A stretch of DNA of 64,000 nucleotides, taken from positions 66,669,158 through 66,733,157 of the forward strand of contig NC_068984.1 in NCBI RefSeq assembly GCF_001194135.2, in the 5' to 3' direction. Below, piece by piece: positions 25,009 through 37,088 of the stretch (position 1 is its first letter; the number at the start of each line of letters is the position of its first letter). Source of the stretch: Octopus bimaculoides. Taxonomy: Eukaryota. The notes under the pieces were generated by a model. The model was not told the DNA's origin, did no database searches, and saw only the letters and a list, made by a program, of their open reading frames with translations. A program made the translations under genes and the position numbers.

Positions 25009-25245
25009 AGGTGCGAGGGGTATTTGAGGACATTTCATTTTTAGTTCATTACGCTTTCAAATTATTTAATGCATCATTTTTTTTCTTTCATGTAACCCTT
25101 TCAAGATATCATGCTAAATCAAGAAATGAAAAGACATGCAGTCATAGTTGCTATACATGCAAACCACAGTGATTTAGAAATTAGCAACTTTCTAAATGTT
25201 GTAAGATCATTTGTACAGAAACTTCAGTTGGAATTGGAGGCATGT
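25005..25245 (+). mobile_element. Mariner/DD37D-like 5' end and transposase N-terminus
   Basis: MKRHAVIVAIHANHSDLEISNFLNVVRSFVQKLQLELEA, an HTH-like N-terminus similar to that in the 22.1 kb copy, preceded by a caaggtg.. TIR-like start. Confidence 0.6.
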
Positions 25246-25255
25246 GGCCTACAAC

Positions 25256-25384
25256 CTCCCTTTAAATTGGAAGGAGAAGCTGTGCATAGCAGAATGGATG
25301 AGGATATTAAAGAACTCCCTTGACCTGGGGAACATCTTAAATTCTAAGGCAGAAGTTTTTGTACCTTCATTACATTTCAGGTGA
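25256..25384 (+). mobile_element. Possible Penelope-like GIY-YIG endonuclease C-terminal fragment
   Basis: LPLNWKEKLCIAEWMRILKNSLDLGNILNSKAEVFVP resembles the IxEAxxI...ILNSKxEF ending of Penelope-like proteins. Confidence 0.3.
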
Positions 25385-25990
25385 TTCCTACTGCGATCCT
25401 GGGACCCACAAGCTGAGAGAGTGAATTCCAGAGAGTGGTCTAAGGGAGTCAATCCCTTGTGCATGACCTTTATGTGTTAGATAACTAGCCACAAGCCTTT
25501 TTCTCCCTTCAATTTAAAGAAGGGTTATAGGTCACCAGCCATTAGGTTCTGGTGAGACATGTGAAAAGCTAAGCACTTTATGGATGCGAAACCCTGAGTA
25601 ACCTTATGCACTGGCTATAACTAACATTCTCTCTCTCTCTTTTTCTCTCCCTCTCTGTATATACATCACAATAAGAAGTACACTCTTCAGAATAGAACAG
25701 TAAGTATTAAAACATAAAGTTTAAATTATGGTTATAGAGTGACCAATGGTTTTGTATCCATGAAAGCTGCAGCCTTGTGGACAGCTCATCAGACTATACA
25801 AAGACAAATATCTGAGCTAATATATCAATGTTAATTTCTTGCAGGTTAAATTAACAAATTAACGAATAGAATTTATTAAACAATGGATAACTGCTATAAA
25901 AACACCATATCTATAATTTAGATTCTGTACAAATTATTTGTAGCTGGCATTGTATTGGTCTTATGCATTCTCACTCTGCCAAATCTTGTA

Positions 25991-26224
25991 TTAAGAATAA
26001 TAGCATTCAGATTACTCCTGACAAATGTAATACTTATTAATTCACATTGTTTTGAATTAACTTTGCTTTATCTTGTAGTTTTGAGACTTCAGTAACATGA
26101 TTATTTATTTATCTTTAGAATGACATTGTATGGTGCATGTGAGAAGCTGAATGTGGCCGATTTGAACATGAAATAGGTAGAATATTTTCACCAGATATGG
26201 TCAGTTTAAATGCTAAAGGGCTAA
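25991..26224 (+). mobile_element. piggyBac-like MITE
   Basis: Homologous to 8297-8523; ends aaatgctaaagggctaa. Confidence 0.7.
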
Positions 26225-26578
26225 AGCAGTGAAGGTTGCAAGCAAGCAAAATCATTTCTTCTGTCTTTACATTCTGAATTTAAATGTCACAGGGTTGATT
26301 TTATCTTTCTTTCTTTCATGGTCAATAAAATAAATACCAACTGAGTATTGGAGCCAGTGTAGTCAACTAGACTCATCCCACCAAATTTACCTATACAAAG
26401 ACAAAATCCTTTTTGGTGTTGGCTCTGGCTCTTTGCATCCTGAGTTCAAATCTTGCCAAGGTAAACTTTGTCCTTCAACCTCCCTAGGTGAATAACATAA
26501 AGTACCAGCTATTGATATAGTCAACTAACCTCTCCCTGCAAAATTACTGGCTCCCTTTCATAGAGATGATTGTTGTTG

Positions 26579-26669
<91 letters not shown>

Positions 26670-26875
26670 AGCAGTGAGTTGGCAAAATCATTAGCCCACT
26701 GACAAAATGCTGAGTGGCATTTTTACTGCTTGAGTTTTCAGTTCAAATTCAGCCAGGGTTGACTTTGCTTTTCACCCTTTCAGGGCTGATGAAATAACTA
26801 TCAGTTAAGCCCTGGGGCTGATGTAATTAACTAGCCCAACACCACTCCAAAAAAAATCTCTAGCCTTGTGACTAT
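26225..26875 (+). mobile_element. Cluster of three tandem family C SINE copies or fragments, with (ATT)n at 26583-26667
   Basis: Three occurrences of gttcaaat...g(t)tgactttgc.tt.cat.c...aaataagtaccag. Confidence 0.75.
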
Positions 26876-27154
26876 AATAGAATGATTGTGTATAGTATGT
26901 TGGTCCTATAATAGAATAATTGTGTTTTGTAACCAGTTTGAGTTATGCTATTGAAATGAAAGAGCAACATGTAGTCTATACTTAGTAGGGTTATTTTTTG
27001 GTGTGGTAAGTTTTTTCTTTTAAATTTTAGTCTGTTTTTTCTAACTATATCTAATGATGCAATTAGTATTGGTATTATTTCCACTCTCATACAATATCTT
27101 CATAGTTCCCTTTTAAGAGCCTAGTACTTTGAGGATGAAAGAGAAGATAAAGCT

Positions 27155-27415
27155 CTTTCATGTGTCTAATAGACACATCGGGCCACTTCCACAGATTCTC
27201 TGGCATATAAACTCCCTCCACTCTATCCCATCCCCACCCTGGAAAGGATGCTGGACCAGCACAGGAATACTCACTTTTGTCAGCTGATTAGACTGGAGCA
27301 ATGTGAAATGAAGTGTTTTGCTCAAGAACAGAATGTATTGCCCGGTCCAGGAATTGGAGACCACAATCTTACAATCATGAATCCAACACCTTAATCACTA
27401 AATCATGTACCTTCC
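27155..27415 (-). mobile_element. Family E SINE
   Basis: Reverse complement has a tRNA-like head (gatttagtgattaaggtgttgga..ctccaattcctggaccgggc) and gttcttgagcaaaacacttcatttcac core. Confidence 0.75.
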
Positions 27416-28048
27416 TAGAAGTTTGATAGTTTCTTGATTTACTTCTAGGGGATGTTTTGACCAGGAGTGATCAAATATCTATCATAACACAGAAATGTTC
27501 AACCTTTCCTTGATAATTACATCTGGAAGTTTTGATTTGATCTCCTTATCCATCTGGACATGCCTGTTTCAGATGACCACGGCCAACTTGTTGTGTACTA
27601 TGTTTGATACACGTTTATACCTTTTTTTCCTTCTTTTTTTTTTATCCATTTTCATGACAAAATGTTAGCTAGCATATTAGCCAGTGGAGATAGCTGCTGA
27701 CTAGATCATATCTGCAGGTATACTTGGATTTGTAAAGGACTGGGAAACCAGGAAAAATGTGGTCAGTTACCTCATTGCACTGAATTCTTAATTTTCACTT
27801 AATGTTACGATAGCTGTAGCAATGTTATAGCAAAGGGGTCTCACCATCCTGAGAGGTGGGGAAGGCACCTATGGTCTCCAGGGTGGCAATGTCACCTTAA
27901 TTTACAGATATGACAGGTCAATGGAAATTGACCTTCCCTTGATCAGCATCACTCTATCTTGTTATGCTTCTGGCAAGCAATGGAGATTCTATGTAATTGC
28001 TTGACTTGGTAAAGATAGCAGCCAAATTTCCTAAACTCATACTCTACT

Positions 28049-28460
28049 CTGGCTCCCATACTGGTGGCACATAAAATGCACTATCCAAACGTGTTCGATG
28101 CCAGGGCCACCTGACTGGCTCCTGTGCCGGTAGTACATAAAAAGCACCATCCAAATGTGGCTAATGCCAGTGCCCTCTGACTGGCTCCCATGCTGGTGGC
28201 ACATAAAAAGCACTATCCGAATGTGATCGATGCCAGGCTCACCTAACTGGCTCCTGTGCTGGTGGCATGTAAAAAGCACCCACTACACTCTTGGAATGTT
28301 TGGTGTTAGGAAGGGCATCTAGCTGTAGAAACATTGCCAGATCAGATTGGAGCCTGGTGCAGCTGCTGACTCTCCAGACTTCAGTCAAACCGTCCAACCC
28401 ATGCCAACATCTTCATCATCGTTTAACATCCATTTGGATGTTAAACGATGATGATGATGA
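28049..28460 (+). mobile_element. Family B element with 66-bp tandem repeat (units start 28049, 28115, 28181, 28247)
   Basis: Exact 66-bp period, followed by ttaggaagggcatctagctgtagaaac and a (gat)n tail. Confidence 0.9.
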
Positions 28461-29089
28461 TAAACCTACTGAGTATAAAAAAAGGACCAGCAGTCACTGT
28501 GGGTAAACATTTAATCCTAAATCAGTATAATCACAGCTAATCTGGTGGCAAATGTGAAGATGTCAAAAGAAGCAACTCTATACAGTGAGCAGGAAATGGT
28601 TAATCCAATAGAAGGAGTTAAAATTTTGGTGATAATGATGGACTTAATGAAAATTAATTCTGTTATACTTGAATAATAAAATGTCAACACTAAAATTTTC
28701 TTTGCATCGAAGATTAAAAATTAAAACTTTAATCCTTGATTAAATATGATATCTCCATACTGTTGGGAATAATTGTTCATTACATGACGGTAATTAAAGC
28801 ACAACTTGAAATTAGACTTGGTTTCTTCACAAGCCAATAAAAGAATCTCTAGAGGCCACTTGACATGCTAAAAATAGCAGCAAAATCACTCAAAGTACAC
28901 TCTACTATTTTAAATGTGTCCTTATTTTAAATAAGGACACATTAGATAATGTAGTTCAACATATCCCTAAACTAACAGAAAGGTCCTTACTAGAGTACCA
29001 TTGATGATAAGTTTTCAGCATGGGTCTGCTGAATCAGGGTTGATAACAACCAAGTTGTTTGGTAATTTGTTATTCTTGTAAATATCGTG

Positions 29090-29305
29090 TTTTTTTTACT
29101 TGTTTCAGTCATTCGATTCTGGCCATTCTGAAGCATTGCCTTAAAGGGTTTCAGTCAAACAAATTGACCCCAGGACTTATTTGTTTTTTAAGCTTGGTAC
29201 TTATTTTATCTGTTTTTCTTTGCTGAACTGCTACATTATGGAGACATAAGCACACCAACACTAGTTGTCAAGTGGTGGTGGGGGCAAACACAGACACAAA
29301 GCCAT
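29090..29305 (-). mobile_element. Family A SINE, 3' half
   Basis: tttacttgtttcagtcatt...gaccccaggacttat...cttggtacttatt. Confidence 0.8.
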
Positions 29306-29342
29306 ACTCAATTATGCATACATATATATATATAAATATGTG

Positions 29343-29374
<32 letters not shown>

Positions 29375-30500
29375 CTGATGCTTATATGATGTATGAAAGA
29401 AGCATATAGACAGAAAGTTGTGAGTTTACACTTCCATGGAAATGACTTCATGTTATTATTTCATATCATCTTCTCTTACCATAATTCTCATCTCAAGTTT
29501 AACATGATTACTCTAGTAACAAACATGACAATGGATATTTAAAAAAAGAACTCTGTTTACCTTAAATCCCTAGCATTTCAAATTACAACGAAAGAAACAG
29601 CAAAAATCCAGGCAAAGTTTAATTTCTTTTAAATTCTCTCCTTATTGGAATTAAGTTTCTTGTTAGATGTGGTTCTTTGTGTCTAAACCTTACAAATATG
29701 TACTTCTATTTTTGATATATGGTCATTTTTATGCCAGTCATTATTGTGGTCTAGAAACAGATGGGATTATTTTACTAGTTTATAATCCACTCAGGCACCC
29801 TAAAAGAAATAATTTTAAAAATGAGTGAGATTGAAAAGCTAAATGATTATGAGTTTGCAATCAACAGATTTTGGACAAAGAATCTATTTTTACAAAGAAC
29901 CAAAATTGAATCCACTTGACCACTCGCTAAAATATTAATATTTTTTTTTTTGTCTTCATTGCTTTCCTTTTAGCTATTTTGATAATGTTTTGGGAGTCTG
30001 TCTTTTATTATTGAAATCCTTTTGCTGACTGAAAACAACATTTATTATGAGTGGAGTATCCACTCCTAAGAACTGTTGTTTTTCAGTAAAAGTATTTCAT
30101 TGTACTGTTCTTTTTTTCCCCATCTTACAGAGAAAAAAAAAAATGCTTATATAGATAAACTCCTCTAATGAAAAGTTTTAATCATAACAACAATGATCTG
30201 TCAAATACTCTAAAGAGACGGGGCTTTGTTGACAAGTTATTTTAAGGGTTTCCTGATAGTTCTAATTCTTTGCTTAGAGAAATATATAGATTGATATTGT
30301 CTACAATGAAAATATTAGATATGAAGTGCTCTATTGAAAAAGCTTATTCTGAAAGGAAATATGGATTCTTTTTACAATTCATCTTGGCTTCATTATTTGT
30401 ATTCATCTTAAATTACTTACAGTCCACTCACTTCTTAAGTTCAGATTTTTGGTTCAAATAATTTACTGTGCTCAGAAACTTTCAATAACAGAAAGTTGTT

Positions 30501-30862
30501 NNNNNNNNNNNNNNNNNNNNNNNNNNNNNNNNNNNNNNNNNNNNNNNNNNNNNNNNNNNNNNNNNNNNNNNNNNNNNNNNNNNNNNNNNNNNNNNNNNNN
30601 NNNNNNNNNNNNNNNNNNNNNNNNNNNNNNNNNNNNNNNNNNNNNNNNNNNNNNNNNNNNNNNNNNNNNNNNNNNNNNNNNNNNNNNNNNNNNNNNNNNN
30701 NNNNNNNNNNNNNNNNNNNNNNNNNNNNNNNNNNNNNNNNNNNNNNNNNNNNNNNNNNNNNNNNNNNNNNNNNNNNNNNNNNNNNNNNNNNNNNNNNNNN
30801 NNNNNNNNNNNNNNNNNNNNNNNNNNNNNNNNNNNNNNNNNNNNNNNNNNNNNNNNNNNNNN
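30501..30862. other. Assembly gap (N)
   Basis: Run of N followed by (GT)n. Confidence 1.
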
Positions 30863-30909
<47 letters not shown>

Positions 30910-31199
30910 GGAAAGAACTTTCATGTTTCAACAAAAAGCTAATAAGATTTTTTTAAAAGAAAGCTTCATTTTTGCAAGTTCCAGTAGACTGGTAGCTTAA
31001 ATTTAGCTTTTGAGTTTATAGAGTAAAACCCATAGTATGAAAACACATTCTAATTAGATAAACGATAACTCAATACAGCCTCTTGTTCTGCTAGAAATGG
31101 CAGTTAAATCAGTTAAAATAGCAGTTAAATTTTTACTGAGGTAAAAAAAAAACATTCACTGTACATCCCTTATAGAAGGACATATTGGATAATGTGATC

Positions 31200-31380
31200 A
31201 CAGACATCATCATTTTATGTCCACTTTCCATACTGGCATAAGTCAGATGGAATCTGCTGAGGCAGATTTCCTTCCTGATGTCACCCCTCATTTGTTCCGA
31301 AACAAAGTAATATTTTGTCATAGCTGGACATGTCTTTCACAAAAGACTGTAACTGTTTTGAAGAATCTGCTAAATACTAT
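31200..31380 (-). mobile_element. Family H short element
   Basis: catcattttatgtccactttccatactggc...gcagatttccttcctgatgtcacccctc. Confidence 0.65.
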
Positions 31381-32744
31381 AACCTCATTAGCTAACCACT
31401 TACATAGCCTGAAGGAACACTGTGTACATACAACATTACTTGGTCTATCAGTGATACTGATGTTCCATACCAGGGCAAAAATTATCCATGTTGGTAATTC
31501 TTAAAAGAATCTATACAAATTCTGTTACATAATCAACAGCAAATATTAAACAGCTGAAAAATGAAATGTTTACCACTTGTGTCCACAGATTCTGCAATAC
31601 GTTCTGATTTTATTGCAAATGTATATGCAGTACTTTGAATGTCTCAAGAAATTCTCACCCACATAAAGTAGATGTATGCCTATTTATTTAATTTAATTTA
31701 ATCTGTAATGCACTACTTTATTCATCATCGTTTACTTGACTATCATGCTATATACCCATCTGATATCTTCATTTGATTCCCCTTATTCTAAATGTACCAC
31801 TTATACCAACTCTGTTTGATTTCATATTACATAATTCTTAATTTCCCCATCCATTCTGATTGTAATTACATTACAACAATTTAACTAAATATTATTCTCA
31901 AGCGACCACTTATCATATTTTAGGAATCAATTTAGATATTCTCTGCTAATGTACTAATTTTAAGATGTGTCTGTTTTTACTCTTCCGCTACTCCTATAGC
32001 CACTCTTAACAATATGTATACTCTTCACCGAACTTACAGTTTTAAATATTATTTCCTTATTGTTACAATAAATAATTTCTCTATTTTGATAACTATCAAC
32101 AAATGCATACATCTAAAGCACACTACCCTCAGAACTCCATCATCCTGGGCAGCATGACAATTTTCTTGTTCTGTTGTGGTAGGGTGTCCTCATCTGAAAT
32201 GCCACATGCCGTGAAATCCTCTTCAGTGGTAGCTTGGTGACACCTTCAGTGACAGCACCTCACACAACAGTACACCAAAATTCTCTACTAAGGATCTACA
32301 TCATTCTCTCTCTGGTGATGGTACAGATTGCTACTGTTTAGGTAGCTGCAGCTCGTTTTCAGAGAAATGCACCATCTGCACATCCATTCTTGAAACAGCT
32401 GTAAAGGCTATCTGCACACCTTCCTTCTTTATGATCTATACTCCTGTAACAAATCAACCCTCAAGTTTAAATATATAAATGTCATAGTCTAAACTCACAC
32501 TAATCGTTTGCTTGTTCATACTTTTAGTCTATTACACATGCTCCTGCTCAATTGATAAACTGTCCTATAGCCAATCACTATTAGGCAACTATAACATCCT
32601 TGCCTTTAGTTGCAGTTCAAGTTGGAGTTTTAGATATCAAGTCAACCTAAGCACTAATTCTATGTATCTAATGTCATCAAATATAATATTACCTAAATTC
32701 TATATACACATACATATACATATATCTTATGCATGTATGCATGT

Positions 32745-32779
<35 letters not shown>

Positions 32780-32780
<1 letters not shown>

Positions 32781-32935
32781 CAAGCTTCTTTTAGTTTCTG
32801 TCTACCAAATCCACTCATAAGGCTTTAGCCGGCCCAAGTCTATTGTAGAATACTGTTGCCCATGGCGCCACACAGTGGGAATGAACCCGAAAACATGTGG
32901 TTGGGAAGCAAACTTCTTACCACATGGCTACATGA
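32780..32935 (-). mobile_element. Family A SINE, 5' half
   Basis: ctaccaaatccactcataaggc...gaacccgaaaacatgtggttgggaagcaaacttcttaccac. Confidence 0.8.
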
Positions 32936-33920
32936 AGAAAAATAAAACAAAAAAAATCCACTCATCTTGATCCTCTACCCTCCCAAGAATGTGAATGTTC
33001 ACATTTGCTTTCTTAACCAACCTCTACAAATATGGAAATGCAGAATTTTAAAATGGAAATAACTAAATCAAAATCAAATTCATGAGTATCAACATCAATA
33101 ATAAATTCACAATTGCAGACTGCATAGAATTCTACCATTCATATTGATGTTAATCTAATAATATAAAAAAAAAAGAAGAAAGAAAGACAACTATAATAGA
33201 CACACTCTGTCTTATTTATGGCCAACTTATCACTGCTAGAATATCACTCTTTATAATACCATTTTCACTTTAGTCACAATTACTCTGACCATTCCATTTC
33301 ATGCATGATCAAACAATATTTTAAATCAAAAGCAGCAATAATCATTTGTAACTATCTACCATATCCTTAAGAGAATTGTCAATCCTTGGTCAATTACCAA
33401 AAACTTTAGGAAATTACAAGTAAAGTTTTCTTTTGCTGATTTACTACATTGGTTGGAATTGAAGGTTAAACCATAACTTGTATTGTGAAATTGATTTACA
33501 AATTTCATTTCTCTGGTTTTTATTCACAACTGATAAAGTCAGCGATAAGTTCCTATTTCCTGAGAAATCATGTTATGTTGTCCAAATATGTCAAACTTCT
33601 CAGCTGAAAGATTAATGCAATGCATTTAGGACTCAGTAGTATGAAGTTCAGAATCTACCAAAAGTAGTTCTATAAAGCACCAAACACTGTTATATTTAAT
33701 TTCTACATGGAAAGTAACAAATCCATTTTGAGTGACAGACCTAACTCATTGCATGGTTTAGTAGCACTACCTGGTGCTTTAATCCACTCTGCAGCAAGCA
33801 TCCAAACTAGATTTCTTGATTTCAAGATAGCTGAATGCTGTTGTGCTAGTGTGCTACTTTCTACTGCAGCCTCCTGTCTAAATTTTACTGTTTCAGTACA
33901 GCCATAAAATGGAATGTACC

Positions 33921-34522
33921 CAGGGCTGGATTAAGACCCAGCGAGACCCTAAGCACTCAAAAAATTTTGTTGCCCCCATAAAAGATTATGTAATTCAAAA
34001 TATAAACAATAATAAATCATAATCATCATCATCATCGTTTAACGTCCGCTTTCCATGCTAGCATGGGTTGGACGATTTGACTGAGGACTGGCAAGTTAGA
34101 AGGCTGCACCAGGCTCCAATCTGACCTGGCAGAGTTTCTACAGCTGGATGCCCTTCCTAATGCCAACCACTCCAGGAGTGTAGTGGGTGCTTTTACTTGA
34201 TAAACCTTTATTTCTCAAAATGAAACAAAACAGTAAGAGGGAAAATAATATTCATTTTTGTATACTTCCATTTTATTTATATTTGAAAAGTTTCCTCCTA
34301 CATTTTTGAATTGCAAAGTCTTTGATCAGATCCTCAAAACTAATCTTAGGTAACACATCTGCATCTATGCTTAGTAGGGATAAAGGCATCCTGAATATTA
34401 TTTTAGCAAGTTTAAAGTGATTTCTTTTGTACCATAAACCATTTAACATTTCTGTAGTGTCCCCTCCATCTCTTGGTACCTTAAGCACGTGCTTATTTTG
34501 CTTAATGGCTAATCCAGTGCTG
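33921..34522 (-). mobile_element. Non-autonomous hAT deletion derivative
   Basis: Termini cagggctggatta and (reverse complement) cagcactggatta; 8-bp TSD aatgtacc/agtgtacc; retains an hAT dimerisation-domain C-terminus PLSLLSIDADVLPKISFEDLIKDFAIQKCRRKLF. Confidence 0.85.
34020..34196 (-). mobile_element. Family B element nested in the hAT relic
   Basis: (cat)n cgtttaacgtccgctttccatgctagcatgggttggacg...ggatgcccttcctaatgccaaccac. Confidence 0.9.
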
Positions 34523-35051
34523 AGTGTACCTTACAGTCATGTTGTTGATAGGGTTCTCTCAAAGGAAAGGTTAATCTAAAGTGGTTTCCTCTTACCTGCT
34601 TCAGTAATAAGAATGAGGCCTAAATATATAAAGATTGTAAAGACAAAAGGTAAGTGTAGCATTCATGATTTTTCCAATCACTTTGTTAATGCAGTGGACT
34701 TGGTATCACCAAGGAATATCATGAGTTGTTAATTTGGTTTGACAGGAACATTCAGTTCCATGGCACATAAATTATATCAATTGTTTGTAATGTATAAATT
34801 GTATAATCTTTACACACACATACACACATACACACCACCATCATCATTAGCTATGATTCCACAACTCTGATGAACATGCAATATTATTTTACTGTGCAAT
34901 TATCTAACATCCAGTTTAATATGCAGTGCAAAAACTGATTGGTAAGATCAGCCATAATAGTTATGAAATGCTGTATATTTTGAGTTATTTATATACACGT
35001 GTGTGTGTGTGTGTGTGTGTGTATGTCTATATATATATATATATATATATA

Positions 35052-35266
35052 NNNNNNNNNNNNNNNNNNNNNNNNNNNNNNNNNNNNNNNNNNNNNNNNN
35101 NNNNNNNNNNNNNNNNNNNNNNNNNNNNNNNNNNNNNNNNNNNNNNNNNNNNNNNNNNNNNNNNNNNNNNNNNNNNNNNNNNNNNNNNNNNNNNNNNNNN
35201 NNNNNNNNNNNNNNNNNNNNNNNNNNNNNNNNNNNNNNNNNNNNNNNNNNNNNNNNNNNNNNNNNN
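35052..35266. other. Assembly gap (N) inside (TA)n
   Basis: Run of N. Confidence 1.
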
Positions 35267-35367
<101 letters not shown>

Positions 35368-35750
35368 ATACATGTATGTATGTATACACACACACATACA
35401 TGCACACACACACTTACTGACATGCATATGCATACATATCAGTGTATGCATGAATATATGCCTTGTTTACTTTAATTCAATCTGTCTACAGTAAACTAGA
35501 AATAAACTCATCAAATTTTAAATATTGCATATTCCATTCCATTTAAAATATTTTACATTATTTACCTGGAACTTAGTTATGTAATCCAACTTTTTTCAAA
35601 TTGTTTTTACTTATATTATTAAAATCTCTCTCTACACACACACATATGCACATACATATATATATGTGTGTTTGTGTTAATAATTTTATTTTGCTGCATA
35701 ACTGCTTTCTTAATAAGTTTATTTAATTGGATAGTTTCATTTTACAGTAG

Positions 35751-35831
35751 AAATTACCAGAAGTATTTGAGTCACTGAATGAAGCCGTACAACCACGTTT
35801 TCAGCCACAAGGGTTTGACAAGATCATGTAA
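35751..35831 (+). CDS. Candidate terminal exon KLPEVFESLNEAVQPRFQPQGFDKIM*, unverified
   Basis: gtttcattttaCAGTAG tandem acceptor, coding-like composition with CpGs, AATAAA overlapping the stop; no recognised homology. Confidence 0.22.
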   Translation, partial: KLPEVFESLNEAVQPRFQPQGFDKIM

Positions 35832-35859
35832 TAAAACAAAGTTCTATGTTTTAGTCTTC

Positions 35860-36100
35860 TATTCTTTTACTTGTTTCAGTCATTTGACTATGGCCATGCT
35901 GGAGTACAATCGTAAAGGGTTTTAGTTGAAGAAATCAACCTCCAAGACTTATTATTTGTAAGCCTAGTACTTTTTCTATCAATCTATTTTGCCAAACTGC
36001 TAAGTTACAGGGACATAAACACACCAGCATTGGTTGTCAAGAGATGGTGGTGGGGACAAACACACACACACACACATGCACATAAACACATACATGTATG

Positions 36101-36141
<41 letters not shown>

Positions 36142-36312
36142 GACAAGCTTCTTTCAGTTTCCATCTACCAAACCCACTCACAAGATTTTGATCAGCCTGA
36201 GGCCATAGTAGAAGATACTTAGACACTTGCCCAAGGTGCCACACATTAGGTCTGAACCTAGACCCATGTGGCTGGGAAGCAAGCTTCTTACCACATAACT
36301 TTGCCTGTGCCT
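35860..36312 (-). mobile_element. Family A SINE, full length
   Basis: All modules present as reverse complement. Confidence 0.85.
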
Positions 36313-36382
36313 TTTATGAAATTGTGTTTGGTACAACATGGATTATTTGAAATATTTCTGGTTTCAAATCTATAAATAGTCT

Positions 36383-36755
36383 CAGGTGCAGGCATGGCAG
36401 TGTGGTAAGAAGTTTGTCTGGCACCTTGGACAAGTGTCTTCTACTATAGCCTCGAGCCAACCAAAGCCTTGTAAGTGAATATGGGAGATGAAAACTGGAA
36501 GAAGCTCATGATATATATATATATCTATATCTATCTGAGAGTGTCTTTGTGTTAGTGTACATCCCACACCACTGTTCAACAACAGGTGTTAGTGTGTTTA
36601 CATCTGCATAACTTAGTGATTCGGCAAAAGAGACTGATAGAATAAGTACCAAGCTTAAAAAAAGTCTGTACTGGGGCTGATTCATTCGACTAAAAATTCT
36701 TCAAAGCAGTGCTCCAGCATGGCTGCAGTCAAATGGCTGAAACTAGTAAAAGATT
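36383..36755 (+). mobile_element. Family A SINE with a deletion in the head
   Basis: ggtgcaggcatggcagtgtggtaag...accttggacaagtgtcttc...gatagaataagtacc...aactagtaaaaga. Confidence 0.85.
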
Positions 36756-36770
36756 CTCCATCAGTTAGAT

Positions 36771-36919
36771 CAAGCATGGACAAACCTTTTCAAGAAGCAG
36801 GGAGTGTGGGACATGATTCATTATTAGGTGGGCTGCAATACTAAAAATTTCAAGCACATTTTTTTTTCCTTAGGCATGCCCTTCATAAAATCCTGCTGGT
36901 CACAGTTTGCCTGTGATTG
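36771..36919. mobile_element. 149-bp hAT-type MITE
   Basis: Perfect 8-bp TSD agttagat (36763-36770, 36920-36927); imperfect 15-bp TIRs caagcatggacaaac / caatcacaggcaaac. Confidence 0.8.
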
Positions 36920-37088
36920 AGTTAGATATTAGTTTTAAGCTTAGAATGAAGTGTATAAATGTGTGTGTGTATGTGCATGTGTGTGTCTAAAAGAATTGAA
37001 TGAGTTGAGATACATGACTATATCAATTACCCCATACTTTTCTGACTTTCTCTGAGATAAATGCCATTTGTCATTTTATTGGGATTTG

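Noticed and set aside
28049-28290. Regularly spaced repeats resembling a CRISPR array
   Set aside because: Units are contiguous 66-mers without unique spacers, lie in a retroelement, and no cas genes are present
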